Below the pieces are notes generated by a model, which was not told the DNA's origin, searched no databases, and saw only the letters and a list, made by a program, of their open reading frames with translations. The translations under genes were made by a program, and so were the position numbers. From the NCBI GenBank assembly GCA_918797485.1, contig CAKKNE010000004.1, positions 3,472,001 through 3,536,000 of the forward strand: a DNA stretch of 64,000 bases. Reading direction: 5' to 3'. Shown piece after piece: positions 29,867 through 40,100 of the stretch (position 1 is its first letter; each line of letters begins with the position of its first letter). Source of the stretch: Pelagomonas calceolata (lineage: Eukaryota).

Positions 29867-31623
29867 ATGGCCGATTTCAAGGGCGACGACGAGGTCGCCG
29901 CAGCAGCGGACGCCGTCGCGGACGTGAAGCTAGAAGAAGAGAAAGCACCGGAGTTTCCGCAGTTCCCGTGGCTTCCGCCCGGCAAAAAACCGCTAGCCGA
30001 CGGCGAGTACGACTGCATCGTCATGGGTACCGGATTAAAAGAGTGCGTCCTGTCCGGCTTGCTAGCCACAGCGGGAAAAAAAGTGCTCCACGTGGACCGC
30101 AACTCGTACTACGGCGCCGACTCCGCCTCGCTGAACCTAAGCAACTTGTTTGCGAAGTTCAACAACGGCAAGCAGCCGGAACAGCGCATCTTTGATGTGC
30201 TAGGCCAGAACCGCGACTATAATGTTGATCTGATCCCGAAGTGCATCATGGCGTGTGGTAAATTAGTAAAAATGCTGATACATACGAAAGTAACAAGATA
30301 CTTGGAGTTTCGGTCGCTAGATGCGTCCTACGTGTATCGGAACGGCAAGATTTATAAAGTGCCGGCGACGAAGATGGAGGTCGTCAGTAATGGTTTACTA
30401 GGCTTGTTCGAGAAAAGGCGCATGATCAACTTCCTCATGTATTTGCAATCTTATGATGAAAAAAAACCAGAAACACATAAAGGAAGGGATTTGACGCGGA
30501 TGACGATGCGCCAGCTCTACGACGAGTACGGGCTCGAGAAGGGGACCAGGGAGTTTGTAGGGCATGCCATGGCTTTACAGTTGAACGACGACTACATGGA
30601 TCAACCGGCTTTGTCGACGGTGAAGGCTATTATTATGTACTGCTACTCGGTCGATAGATATGGCAAGAGTCCTTATGTTTATCCGATGTACGGGTTAGGA
30701 GGCCTGCCGGAAGGGTTTTCGCGGTTATGTGCGATTCACGGCGGCACGTTCATGTTGAATCGCTCAGTAGATGAAGTATTATTTGATAATGAGGGCAAGG
30801 CCTGGGGCATTCGCGGAGACGATGAGATTGCAAAGGCGAAGATTTTTATTGGAGATCCCTCCTACTTCCAGCCTTATCAGAAGTGTAGGGAGATCGGCAA
30901 GGTTGTGCGGTCCATCTGCTTTTTAAATCATCCGATCCCCAATACCAATGACGTCGACAGTCTACAGATCATCATCCCCTCGACGCAGCTGAATCGGAAG
31001 AACGACATATATGTCGTGCTCATTTCCAATTCGCACCAGGTGACAGCTGCAGGCAAGTACGTGGCCATTTGTTCGACGGTCGTCGAGACGAGCGCACCGA
31101 TCAGTGCATAAATCAAATTGTCGCGGCGCGCCTCGCCTATGGTTGAATTACGGCATCGACGCGACGTCTGCTGGATATGCGTTTGATTTGCACACAGGAA
31201 CCGATGCGTGAACTCGCGCCGGCGCTGGGGCTGCTCGGCACGATCATGACGCGCTTCGACGACGTCGTACCGCTTTACGAGCCCCTCGCCGACGGCCGCG
31301 CGGACCAGTGCATAAATCAAATTGCAGCGGCGCGTCTTCGCAACTGCTACCACCATGGCCTCCACGCCATCGACGCGACTTCAGCACGACGGCGTGGCGG
31401 TGTGGTCCTCACGGATCGATTCAGCCACGGCCGCGTCGCCGAGAACTCACTGGTTGATTTGTGCACAGGAGCGGACAACTGCTACATCTCCAAGAGCTTC
31501 GACGCGACGTCGCACTTCGAGACGACGTCGCTCGACGTGATCGACATGTACGAGCGCATCACGGGCGAGAAATTAGATCTGGACAAGATGGCCGACTCGG
31601 CGCCGGACGAGGACGGGTACTAG
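29867..31623 (+). CDS. GDI: Rab GDP-dissociation inhibitor; exons 29867-31093, 31198-31297, 31469-31623
   Basis: EYDCIVMGTGLKECVLSGLL, VLHVDRNSYYG, RDYNVDLIPK, SPYVYPMYGLGGLPEGFSRLCAIHGGTFMLN, spliced C-terminus SKSFDATSHFETT. Confidence 0.96.
31094..31197 (+). mobile_element. Introner intron (GC-AG, 104 nt)
   Basis: TSD gcaccgat / gaaccgat; TIRs cagtgcataaatcaa / ttgatttgcacacag; spliced VETSEPMRELAP. Confidence 0.92.
31298..31468 (+). mobile_element. Introner intron (GC-AG, 171 nt)
   Basis: TSD gcgcggac / gagcggac; TIRs cagtgcataaatcaa / ttgatttgtgcacag; spliced DGRADNCYIS. Confidence 0.93.
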
Positions 31624-31642
31624 AGGGGGCCACATGTATAAA

Positions 31643-32299
31643 CTAGAACACATCATTTACCCACAACTCCCCGTCGAGGGGGCGCCCGCGCGCCTCGAGC
31701 GCGTCGGCGAGCGCCTCGCGCAGAGCGATGTCTGGCAGCGACACGACGAGGTCCTCGACGAGGTCGACGCCGAGGATCTCGTCCGCCGCGTCGAGCCAGG
31801 CGTCGGGCGCCAGGTCGCGGCGCGACGCCCGCCGCGAGTTCTGGCGCAGGACAGAAAATGCATCCGCGCCGCACTCGCACCGGACGGCCTCGAGCGTTGC
31901 AGCGGCCGCGTCGCTGCGTTTTTGAGTCCACGCGTCGTGCTCGGCGACGACGTCGTAGAGTTTACAATGTGGTGTGAGTCCCGACCCGTAGACGCGGTCG
32001 ACGCGCCGCCCTCGGTGCCACACCAACCGTTGACCGTACGACACGAATGCAATGCGGTGCTGCGGTATCGCTTTCGCCAGCATGCGCTCAGTGCCATTCA
32101 CGCGGTCGTTCGCATCGCCCCACGCGGCGCCGACTTTCACCGGCAGCTGCGCTTCGCGGAAGTAAAACGTGAAGCGACTCGCGTCGACGCCGCGATCGTA
32201 CTCGAGGCGTTGCAATACATCGGCGACGGGGCGCAGCGCCATCGCTTTGGCTGCGGCCAGCAGACTGCATATACTGCATACTGCTGCACACCAGCGCAT
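31643..32299 (-). CDS. MJ1316 (DUF504)-like RNA cyclic-phosphate-end recognition domain protein
   Basis: LRPVADVLQRLEYD...F.F ... IPQHRIAFV.Y...VWHR..RVDRVYGSG matches my recollection of the family pattern; signal-like N-terminus. Confidence 0.7.
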   Translation of the reverse strand: MRWCAAVCSICSLLAAAKAMALRPVADVLQRLEYDRGVDASRFTFYFREAQLPVKVGAAWGDANDRVNGTERMLAKAIPQHRIAFVSYGQRLVWHRGRRVDRVYGSGLTPHCKLYDVVAEHDAWTQKRSDAAAATLEAVRCECGADAFSVLRQNSRRASRRDLAPDAWLDAADEILGVDLVEDLVVSLPDIALREALADALEARGRPLDGELWVNDVF

Positions 32300-32489
32300 C
32301 GGTCACGAATTCGGCCTGCAGCAGGCAGCAGGCAGCAGCAGCTCTTAAAGCATCAGTCCGCGATTTCAACGCTCTCGCGCAGCCGTGCGCGGCACAGCTG
32401 CGAGCAGAGAGTCTACTAGCAGCCCCCACGCAGTCCCAGCACGATTGATGGCGGAGCAATCACTCAAAAAGCTCCGGCACTGCTGCACA

Positions 32490-32510
32490 CTAGCACGTTA
32501 TTACGCTAGC
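32490..32510 (+). promoter_or_regulatory. CTAG-bounded upstream motif, subtype B
   Basis: ctagcacgttattacgctagc; similar to the reverse complement of 55616-55638. Confidence 0.5.
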
Positions 32511-32655
32511 TATTATCGATGCGGCAAGCGCGTTAGCCCGCGTTTGTCCACCACCGCTAGTCTTTACACCGTTTTATAGCCCTGCGCAGCGCTGCGCACG
32601 ACAGCGGGCAGTCCTGCCGAGTCATACAGCCTCCGTCCTTGTGCAAGGCATACAT

Positions 32656-34275
32656 ATGGCCGTGCACGTCTCCCGGGCCGAGTTCGAGGCCCAAGCGGGC
32701 CGTAGCACGCTGCCGACGATCTCCTGTCCCGAGTGCGGCGTGCCCACGATCGCGCGGGACGACGGATTTCTCTGCCTCGACTGCGTGCGCGCGACGTACG
32801 ACTGGCGCGCGCCTTTGGAGGCGCACCTGAAGAAGCACCCCAAGCTTTTGACTTTAAGGCGCTGCACGGGCTGCGACCGCGTCGAGACGACGGCGGCGAA
32901 CAAGAAGGAGCGCCGCTGGGAACGAGGAGATAGGGACACCGACGAGCTGCTGGCGGTCTTGTTGAGACGCGTCAAGGCGCAGCTCTTCGGGAAGAAGGCC
33001 CTGGATCTGGTGGACGGTTTGTCCGCGGGCCTCAAGGCCGGCGACCCGCTCGCGCTCCGGGACGCGCGCCTCGTCTGGACGGAGCCGCACTCGCGGCGCC
33101 TGAAGTTGGAAGTTGACGTGGCGCACGCGTCCGTGCGCCAGCGCCTGCTGCTCGAGTTTGTGGAAGAGCGCTGCAAGTGCGCGGACTGCGCGGGCGAGGC
33201 GCGGGAACGGAGAAACCGAAAAATGGGCAAGGGCGGCGGCGACTTCGGCGCGCGGGTTCAAATAAGAGCGCACGGCGGCTCCTGCGCGCGGACGATGCGG
33301 TCGCTCGAGGACGCGATCCGCGCCATCGGGAAAACAGGTTTGATGTTCGGCGCGGCGCGCCTGCCGCGCGGCAAGGGCCTGGACGTGGACTTCGCGCAGG
33401 AGAAGGACGGTGATAGATTTGTCGACGAGCTGCGGCGGGCCGGGCGCGCGCCGCTGCGCGTCGCCTCCAAGACGCGGAAGCTCGTGACGCACGTAGCGAC
33501 CCGTGCGGACGTATATTCACGCCGTCGATGCGGCTCACCGGTCGATGTGCCCACACAGGATCCGAAGGCCAACACCGTGGAGTACCAGAAAACCATTCTG
33601 CTGGAGGTGCCGCCCATATCAAAATGGGACCTCGTCGTCAAGGAGCCGCGCGGCGGCGGCGGGCCGGCCCTTTACTTGGTGTCGTCGGTCCGGCGCGAGA
33701 TACGGCTGGATCGCGTCGACGGCGTTGGTGAGGAAGAAGTGAACGGCGAGCAGTTCTTCCGCAAGCCCTTTGAGAGCGTGGCGTCGGCGGATGCGTTAAT
33801 AGACGTGCGGGTCGTCGACGCCGTCCCGTTGGACGACACGAGCGTTATGGTACAGCGGCACGAGGGCGACGCACCTGTTCAAGCTGATGCGTCGCGGCTG
33901 CCCTTGGCGTCGCAGAAATCAGACGCCGTCGTCAAGGCCTACGATGTCGAGTCCATCGTGGGCGCGGACGTCAAAACGAGCAGTCGCTACGTCCTCGTCG
34001 CGCCCGGCGGCAAGAGGGACGTCGGCGACTCCACGACGACGGCGTCGACGGTGCTCTCGCGGAAACAACAGCGCCACGCCAAACGGCGGGCGAACTCATC
34101 AGCGTCGGTGGCCTCGGACGCCCCCACCGAGCGCGACTTCGGCGAGATCGAGTTCCGCGAGCTCCTCGACCAGCCCGACGCGATCCCTGAAGAAGGGGAA
34201 GAACTCGACTTGGAGCGCCTGCGCATTGCGTCGGAGGACTCGGAGGCGCTCGACGCGGAATTCTTTGGTGCGTAA
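32656..34275 (+). CDS. NMD3-like 60S export adaptor (divergent); exons 32656-33492, 33559-34275
   Basis: CPECG..CLDC, CTGC, DARLVWTEPHSRRLKL, CADC, ARVQIR, KLVTH|DPKANT; acidic C-terminus. Confidence 0.8.
   Translation: MAVHVSRAEFEAQAGRSTLPTISCPECGVPTIARDDGFLCLDCVRATYDWRAPLEAHLKKHPKLLTLRRCTGCDRVETTAANKKERRWERGDRDTDELLAVLLRRVKAQLFGKKALDLVDGLSAGLKAGDPLALRDARLVWTEPHSRRLKLEVDVAHASVRQRLLLEFVEERCKCADCAGEARERRNRKMGKGGGDFGARVQIRAHGGSCARTMRSLEDAIRAIGKTGLMFGAARLPRGKGLDVDFAQEKDGDRFVDELRRAGRAPLRVASKTRKLVTHVATRADVYSRRRCGSPVDVPTQDPKANTVEYQKTILLEVPPISKWDLVVKEPRGGGGPALYLVSSVRREIRLDRVDGVGEEEVNGEQFFRKPFESVASADALIDVRVVDAVPLDDTSVMVQRHEGDAPVQADASRLPLASQKSDAVVKAYDVESIVGADVKTSSRYVLVAPGGKRDVGDSTTTASTVLSRKQQRHAKRRANSSASVASDAPTERDFGEIEFRELLDQPDAIPEEGEELDLERLRIASEDSEALDAEFFGA
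33493..33558 (+). other. In-frame 66-nt GT-AG intron, decayed introner-like
   Basis: gtagcgac...ctcaccggtcgatgtgcccacacag; removal restores the NMD3-like KLVTHDPK. Confidence 0.75.
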
Positions 34276-34290
34276 GATGTTGTGACATGA

Positions 34291-35265
34291 TTACGTGCCT
34301 ACGTACTGGACGGCCAGGTCCTTTTCGGAGCTTGATCGGAGGAAGCTCAGCAGTGCCGAGGCCGTTTGTTCGGGCTGCTCCCACGGCAGGCAGGCCCGGG
34401 CGTCCCGAATGATGTATCCGCCGGCTGGAAACGGGAGCTGCTCGAGCGCCTCGCGCGTGCGGTTCACGGGATCGCGGGCTCCCGGGAAGACTCCTCGGAT
34501 GATCGAAGTCGGGACCATCAAATCCGCAAGCAGGCCGCCCCGCTCGTCGCGCCAGGCACCGCCGGCGGGTATCGTCCCGCAGAGATACGACAAAGTAGCA
34601 AATCTCCCGCGAGAGTCGCGAGCGCTCTCATAACACTGCTTCACCCAGGCATCGTCCGATTCGCCGGCGAATAGATTTTTATCGGTAAACGACCGTATGC
34701 GCTCGCCCTTCTTCCCGCGGAGCCGGCGAAAGAACAGATTTCCAACGGGCGACGAAGAAACCGCCCAGGCGACTCGCTGGATGCGCCGCGGGGCGCGGGG
34801 CACGGCCGGCGCGGTGCGGTCCGCCTCGACGCCCTCCGACGCCACGAAGCTCAGAGGCGGCGGCGAGAGGCAGGCCACGCCGCGCACCGTGTCCGTGCCG
34901 CCGAGGCGCCACATCTCGAGCGCCACGGGCAGGAGCCCGCCCTGGCTCACCAACACGCACGGCTCCCCGATCACCTCCCGGACGTAGGCGTCAAGCTGCC
35001 CCGCCCAGACCTCGGGCTTGTAGAAGCGCCTCGGTTTTGGCTTGGCGTCACCGGTACCCAGTAGATCGGGCGCGTGTGTGTCGCCGCCGTCCCACACATC
35101 CTGAAAACGCGCGTAGAATTGTCGATCGATGCCCACGCCCACCGGCGGGATCAATAGCAGCGGCGGCAGGTCGGCGGCGCCGCGCGTGACGCGAGCTCCA
35201 TAGGTTTCTCGGCCGTATTTATGCTGCAGAGCTGCGCAGCCTGTTATCAGTGCGAGCCGCAGCAT
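34291..35265 (-). CDS. Alpha/beta-hydrolase-fold protein, probably plastid-targeted
   Basis: Signal peptide; PLLLIPPVGVG, APDLLGTG, VLVSQGG, CLPWEQP. Confidence 0.75.
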   Translation of the reverse strand: MLRLALITGCAALQHKYGRETYGARVTRGAADLPPLLLIPPVGVGIDRQFYARFQDVWDGGDTHAPDLLGTGDAKPKPRRFYKPEVWAGQLDAYVREVIGEPCVLVSQGGLLPVALEMWRLGGTDTVRGVACLSPPPLSFVASEGVEADRTAPAVPRAPRRIQRVAWAVSSSPVGNLFFRRLRGKKGERIRSFTDKNLFAGESDDAWVKQCYESARDSRGRFATLSYLCGTIPAGGAWRDERGGLLADLMVPTSIIRGVFPGARDPVNRTREALEQLPFPAGGYIIRDARACLPWEQPEQTASALLSFLRSSSEKDLAVQYVGT

Positions 35266-35418
35266 TGTTGAGCTGTGCCGATCTAATACAGCTCCTTTAC
35301 TTTCGCGGCAAAGCTACGCGCGTGCCAGTGAGCTTTATCCAGCCTGCAGCCTCCTTGCACTGGCGCGCTCTCACAACCTAAATCGGTGCGGAGGAGGCCG
35401 AACAGCTGCAAATAAAAG

Positions 35419-36155
35419 ATGCCTCGTCAAGCGCTGCGTCGATCGCTGCTCCTTGTTGCAGCAGCCGCAGCGCTGAAACCGCTGCAGCGCCGCGCTGCAC
35501 TCAGTGGCCTGACCAGCGCTGCACTCGTGCAAACGCAGCCGGCGCGGGCCGACGAGCTCTCGTTCAGCAAAGCGAGAAATGGTCTCGAGTACGCGGACGC
35601 CAAGGTCGGCAGCGGCTCTCCGTTTAGAACCGGCCAGCGCGTTGCCGTCGACTACGTCATGTCGACGACAGGCGCACGGTACGGCTCGAAGATCGACGCC
35701 ACTAAGGACCGGAACGAGCCGTACTCGTGGGTCCTCGGCGACGGCACGACCATCCTAGGTCTCGAGCAAGCGATCCTCGGAGGCGACGGCGTGCCGCCGA
35801 TGCTCCCGGGAGGCGTGCGACGCTTAATTGTTCTGGTCTGTGCATAAATCAAAATGCCACGCCGTGCTGAATCTTCGCGTCGACCTCCACGCATCACCCG
35901 ACTCACTGGTTGATTTGTGCACAGGTTCCCGCGGAGTTGGCCTACATCGACAAGGCTCGCCCCGCGAAGAACTCGTTGCAAATACAGGACTGCGAGAAGG
36001 GTCGCGGGCCGGTTCCTCCTAACGCGCCGGAGAGAGCTGGCGATATGGGTGCCGGCGAGTACCAGCGGTTCAAGAACATTTATTGCAACCCGAATCGGCC
36101 GTACCAGCCGGACCTCGTGCTTGATGTCCGGCTGTTCGGGAGGAAGGGTGGATAA
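35419..36155 (+). CDS. FKBP-type peptidyl-prolyl isomerase, thylakoid-lumen type; exons 35419-35829, 35925-36155
   Basis: Signal peptide plus RR..ARA Tat-like motif; GLEYADAKVGSG, VAVDY, ILGLEQAI, MLPGGVRRLI|VPAELAY. Confidence 0.9.
35830..35924 (+). mobile_element. Introner intron (GT-AG, 95 nt)
   Basis: TIRs ctgtgcataaatcaa / ttgatttgtgcacag; diverged TSD gttctggt / gttcccgc. Confidence 0.9.
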
Positions 36156-36221
36156 GTAGCATTAAAATGTAAATTCGGGTTTCCAGCCTCAATACGCTTC
36201 GGCTATAGGTGAGCTTGGATT

Positions 36222-36245
36222 GCTAGAGTCTTACAATCCGCTAGC
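36222..36245 (+). promoter_or_regulatory. CTAG-bounded upstream motif
   Basis: gctagagtcttacaatccgctagc upstream of MTN. Confidence 0.7.
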
Positions 36246-36415
36246 TGATTATTTTGCAGCTCGCACGCCAGCCAGCGCTTTCAGGCTTTGCATTGCAAGC
36301 GAAAGTGCAAAGACCTGCAAAATAGAGAGCGACGCATAAGCACTGCAGCAGCACGCACGCAGCCGAGGCCAGGAAACCTTGGCAACAAGACAAAAACAAC
36401 CAAGGAGCAAGCGAT

Positions 36416-37150
36416 ATGGCAGCCCAAGCCGCCAAGCGCATCAACAAAGTCGGCTTCCTCGTGGCCATGCAGGAGGAGGCCGCGCCCTTCATCGGCGCCC
36501 TAAAGCTGCAGAAGCGCGCGCCGCACGCGCGCGCGCCGATCGTCGTCCACGAGGGCTCGTACAAGGACGCGACGGTCCTGGTCTACAGCCCCGGCGTCGT
36601 CGACGGCAAGTCTCTCGTGGGCACGGACGCCGCGTTCCTGACGGCGTTCCTCGCGGCCGAAGATGGATTGGACCTCTTCGTGAACGCGGGCACGTGCGGC
36701 GGCTTCGCAAAAAGGGGAGGCAAGGTCGGCGACGTCTACTGCTGTGGTGAATTTAAACACCACGACCGCCGCGTGCCCATCCCCGGTTATGATTCAATGT
36801 GCGTCGGGCACCGCCGGGCGACGCCCGCGCCGGGTCTTGTATCAAAACTCGGCCTCAAAACGGGCCTCTGCACGACGGGCAACTCGCTGGACTGCTCGCC
36901 GACGGACGCGCCGATTATTGAAGAGAGCGGCGCCGTCTGCAAGGACATGGAGGCCGCGTCCCTCGCCCACGCCGCCGAATTGTCGGGGACGCCCTTCCTC
37001 GCGATCAAGGTCGTGACGGATATTGTGGATGGGCCCCACGCGACGCAGGACGAGTTCCTCGCGAACCTGTCGACGGCCTCGAAGGCGCTCCAGAAGGTGC
37101 TGCCCGAGGTCCTCGACTACGTCACCGGGAAGAGCGTCGCCGAGCTCTAA
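36416..37150 (+). CDS. MTN: 5'-methylthioadenosine/S-adenosylhomocysteine nucleosidase
   Basis: VAMQEEA, NAGTCGG, HDRRVPIP, TGNSLD, KDMEAA, KVVTDIVDG. Confidence 0.92.
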   Translation: MAAQAAKRINKVGFLVAMQEEAAPFIGALKLQKRAPHARAPIVVHEGSYKDATVLVYSPGVVDGKSLVGTDAAFLTAFLAAEDGLDLFVNAGTCGGFAKRGGKVGDVYCCGEFKHHDRRVPIPGYDSMCVGHRRATPAPGLVSKLGLKTGLCTTGNSLDCSPTDAPIIEESGAVCKDMEAASLAHAAELSGTPFLAIKVVTDIVDGPHATQDEFLANLSTASKALQKVLPEVLDYVTGKSVAEL

Positions 37151-37165
37151 TAGAACACATGTATC

Positions 37166-40100
37166 TTATGAAAGGTCTAGCTCCTCCACCGAGGAGTCCT
37201 CGTCGGACTCGGTCCTGGGTTCCTCGTCGTCGGACGACTCGTGCGTCTCGTGCTCGTCGAAGCGGCGCGTGCCGAGGTCGACGCACTGGACGAGCTTTTG
37301 CGATGCGGCCTCGAAGTCGACAAAGGCCGGCACGTCGATGGTACACACACACGCGTGCGCCGTCGGCAGCGCGCCGGGCGGTAGATGCCGGCCCGCGTGG
37401 AGCGTGAACGGGTGGCGCCCGCCGTTCAATCCTACCAAGTGCGCGAAGCCGCCGACGGGCACCCTTCGAGACCCCGTCGCGAACTGGAGCAGGCCGTGCA
37501 ATCTCTTCGGGTGCGTTTTCGACCAACCTTCGACCACATTCCAGAAGAGCTTCACTTCCTTCGCGTCCGGTTGTAAACCACCCGCGTAGCGCGTGTGTCT
37601 TCTCCAGTCGGCCACGTCCACGCCCCTTAACCCCGACAGTAATCGACAAAAATCTAAGGGAGAGAGCATGCGCCGCGCATCCCTCAAAACCTCCGACGGC
37701 ATGACGGTCCTCAGGCCCCGCGCCATGGCTTGGATGGGCTCGCGCAGCGACCCCCGCAACCGATAGTCTCGCATTGTCTTCACGAACTCATTCCGAGTAT
37801 CGGACGTGACGGCCTTATCTTCACCGCCCTCCACAAGCTCGACGCGGCTCCCTGGAGCTACCGCCCGCGCTTCATCTGATGCACCTAACACATCAGCCAA
37901 GGCGAACGTCCGCGGCGCCCCCTCCATCGGTGATACGTCCTCCTCACCATCGTCGTCGCCGGCGTCGTGCTCCGTATGATCCAACCCGTCCGTGAAGTCC
38001 AGCTCCAGCCCCTCGACATCGTTATTTTCGATCCACGCCATCGAGGCAGCGAGCTGCGGATCTAATGATTCTAAGTCGCCCTCTGAAGGCGGCTCGCCAT
38101 CATTTAATAACCAGGCACACACATACGAATGTAGAGGCAAATCTAAAGTAACTTGCTGCCAGACCGCCAGGCCGAACAACCTACCGAGAGCTTCGAAGTC
38201 GCCCTCCCAGTGCGGATTACCATACATTGAAGCCGCATTGGGAATAAAACTCCGACCCCCATCACAAGTCCTTAGTAACGACCCTCCTCCCCTAATAAAC
38301 GCCCTACGAGCCAGCAGATCCATCCACTCCCTTGCGACAGCTGAACCGACCGCACTTTCACCTTTAAATCGGACCTCAAAGTCCCCCGTCACGTCTTCGG
38401 CGAAAAGGCCCGTGACGTCCTTCTTTTGTGTGCGCAGCTGCTCCAACTGAGGAGCGTGTCGATCACATTCGACAAACGCCAGAGCTCGCTCGTCGTCGTC
38501 ATGTAACGGTCGGTGGCACCGTTGGAGTCGCCTAGCGAGCCAGACTCGTTTCTCCGCGGCAGTCATACGTTGTGTCAAAGCTTTCAGGTCATCATTCAAT
38601 GTTGGGGAAGGCTTTGATCGATACACAACCTCTGCCAAAGCCCAGGCTTGCGAGGCGTCTTTCGGCACGCCCCGCAAGGGCCAGAGCGGAGCGGCACGGA
38701 GTGGAGAAGCGTTTTCTGACCGATTCGTGTTCCTTATGGTGGAGACTTCGAATTTCGTCAGAGTCTTCTCCTGACACTGCTTCTTGAGCAGTTCCCCATC
38801 CGCACCACAAACCATGAACCCACCGATGGGCGGCGGAGACGCGCCAAACACGCCCATCCGGAACGCGGGCCTCGCTAGCCCATCGTCAAACAAATCGTTG
38901 ATGACGACTACAACTGAAGCACCGGCCTCCTCACTGAGTCGCACGGCCGTGGCCCAGTCCGGCGCCTTCGGCGACTTGCGGATGTGCGACCGGTCGACGA
39001 TGACGGCGGAGCCATCTTGGACCTGCCAATCCTCAGAGCCGATGGGCGCTGATTGATCAGAACTGATTGTTTGAGTAGCAACAGCATCCGCGAAACGCTC
39101 GTTCCACGACGCAGGAACGGCCGCAAGCTTTAGGGAAGAACCATCAGAGAAAGTCGCCGTCAGTTCCCCGCTCACGGGCAGCTCGGCCGCACTTTGATCG
39201 AAGTTCGCCAGCAGGACCATGTCTTCCAGCGTCGCCTTCGTCGGCCCGCCGATGCCCAAGGTACCTCTTAGCTCGTGGAAGTAGTCGGCCCAGGAAGGGG
39301 TCGGGGCCCTACCTTCCGCCTCGTCGTGCTCGGGCTCCTGGTTTATGACCTCGGCGGCCAGTACTACCTCTTCAATAGGGTCATCTGGGACCGTCTCTGA
39401 TGGCGGCGGCGGCGGCGCATCAACATCGGGAACGTCTTCCTCCTCGACGTCGCCTGCCAGCGCCGCCGCCAATGAAAGCATCGCCGCGCGCGCCGGCGCA
39501 TGACTTGTCAATGCTTCGAGCACACCGACAGCCCTAGTCTCCTTGCAGGCCGCCGCCGCCAGCTTTTCGAGGAGCGGCACGCCGCACCAGACGCCCGCCG
39601 AGACCCTCGATGCGTCTATCGACGCGAGCTTGGATAGTGCACCACAAGCATGAGCACAAAACAAGTCGTCGCCGTCGACAAACAGCAACAAATAACCCAA
39701 TGAAGCGGCGAGCCACTCGCCCAGCCGCGCCGCGGGCGGGCCGTTGGCGTCGCTCCTTGCTCTTTGAACGGCCTCGTCGTCAAAACGTCGTTGTAACCTC
39801 CTTGCTAATTTTTCATCCGACTCCTCGTCGCCCCGCTGCTCTGACTCCTCTGGTTCTTCTTCAATGCCGCCGCGCCGCGCCACTCTAATAGCGGCGTCCC
39901 AGCGCCAGCCCGGCCGGACGAACGCGTCCGCTTCCAATGTAGAAGACATGAGCCGGTCCCCACAAGCCTTGATGACGCCCGGCAGGCCCAAGGGCGGGGC
40001 CCGCTCGTCCCGGACGACCACACAGAGGTGCAGCGCCAACAGCTCCGCGTCGCGGAAGTGCTCGCACTCGTCGCGCACCCAGGGCTGCGCGCCCCGCTCG

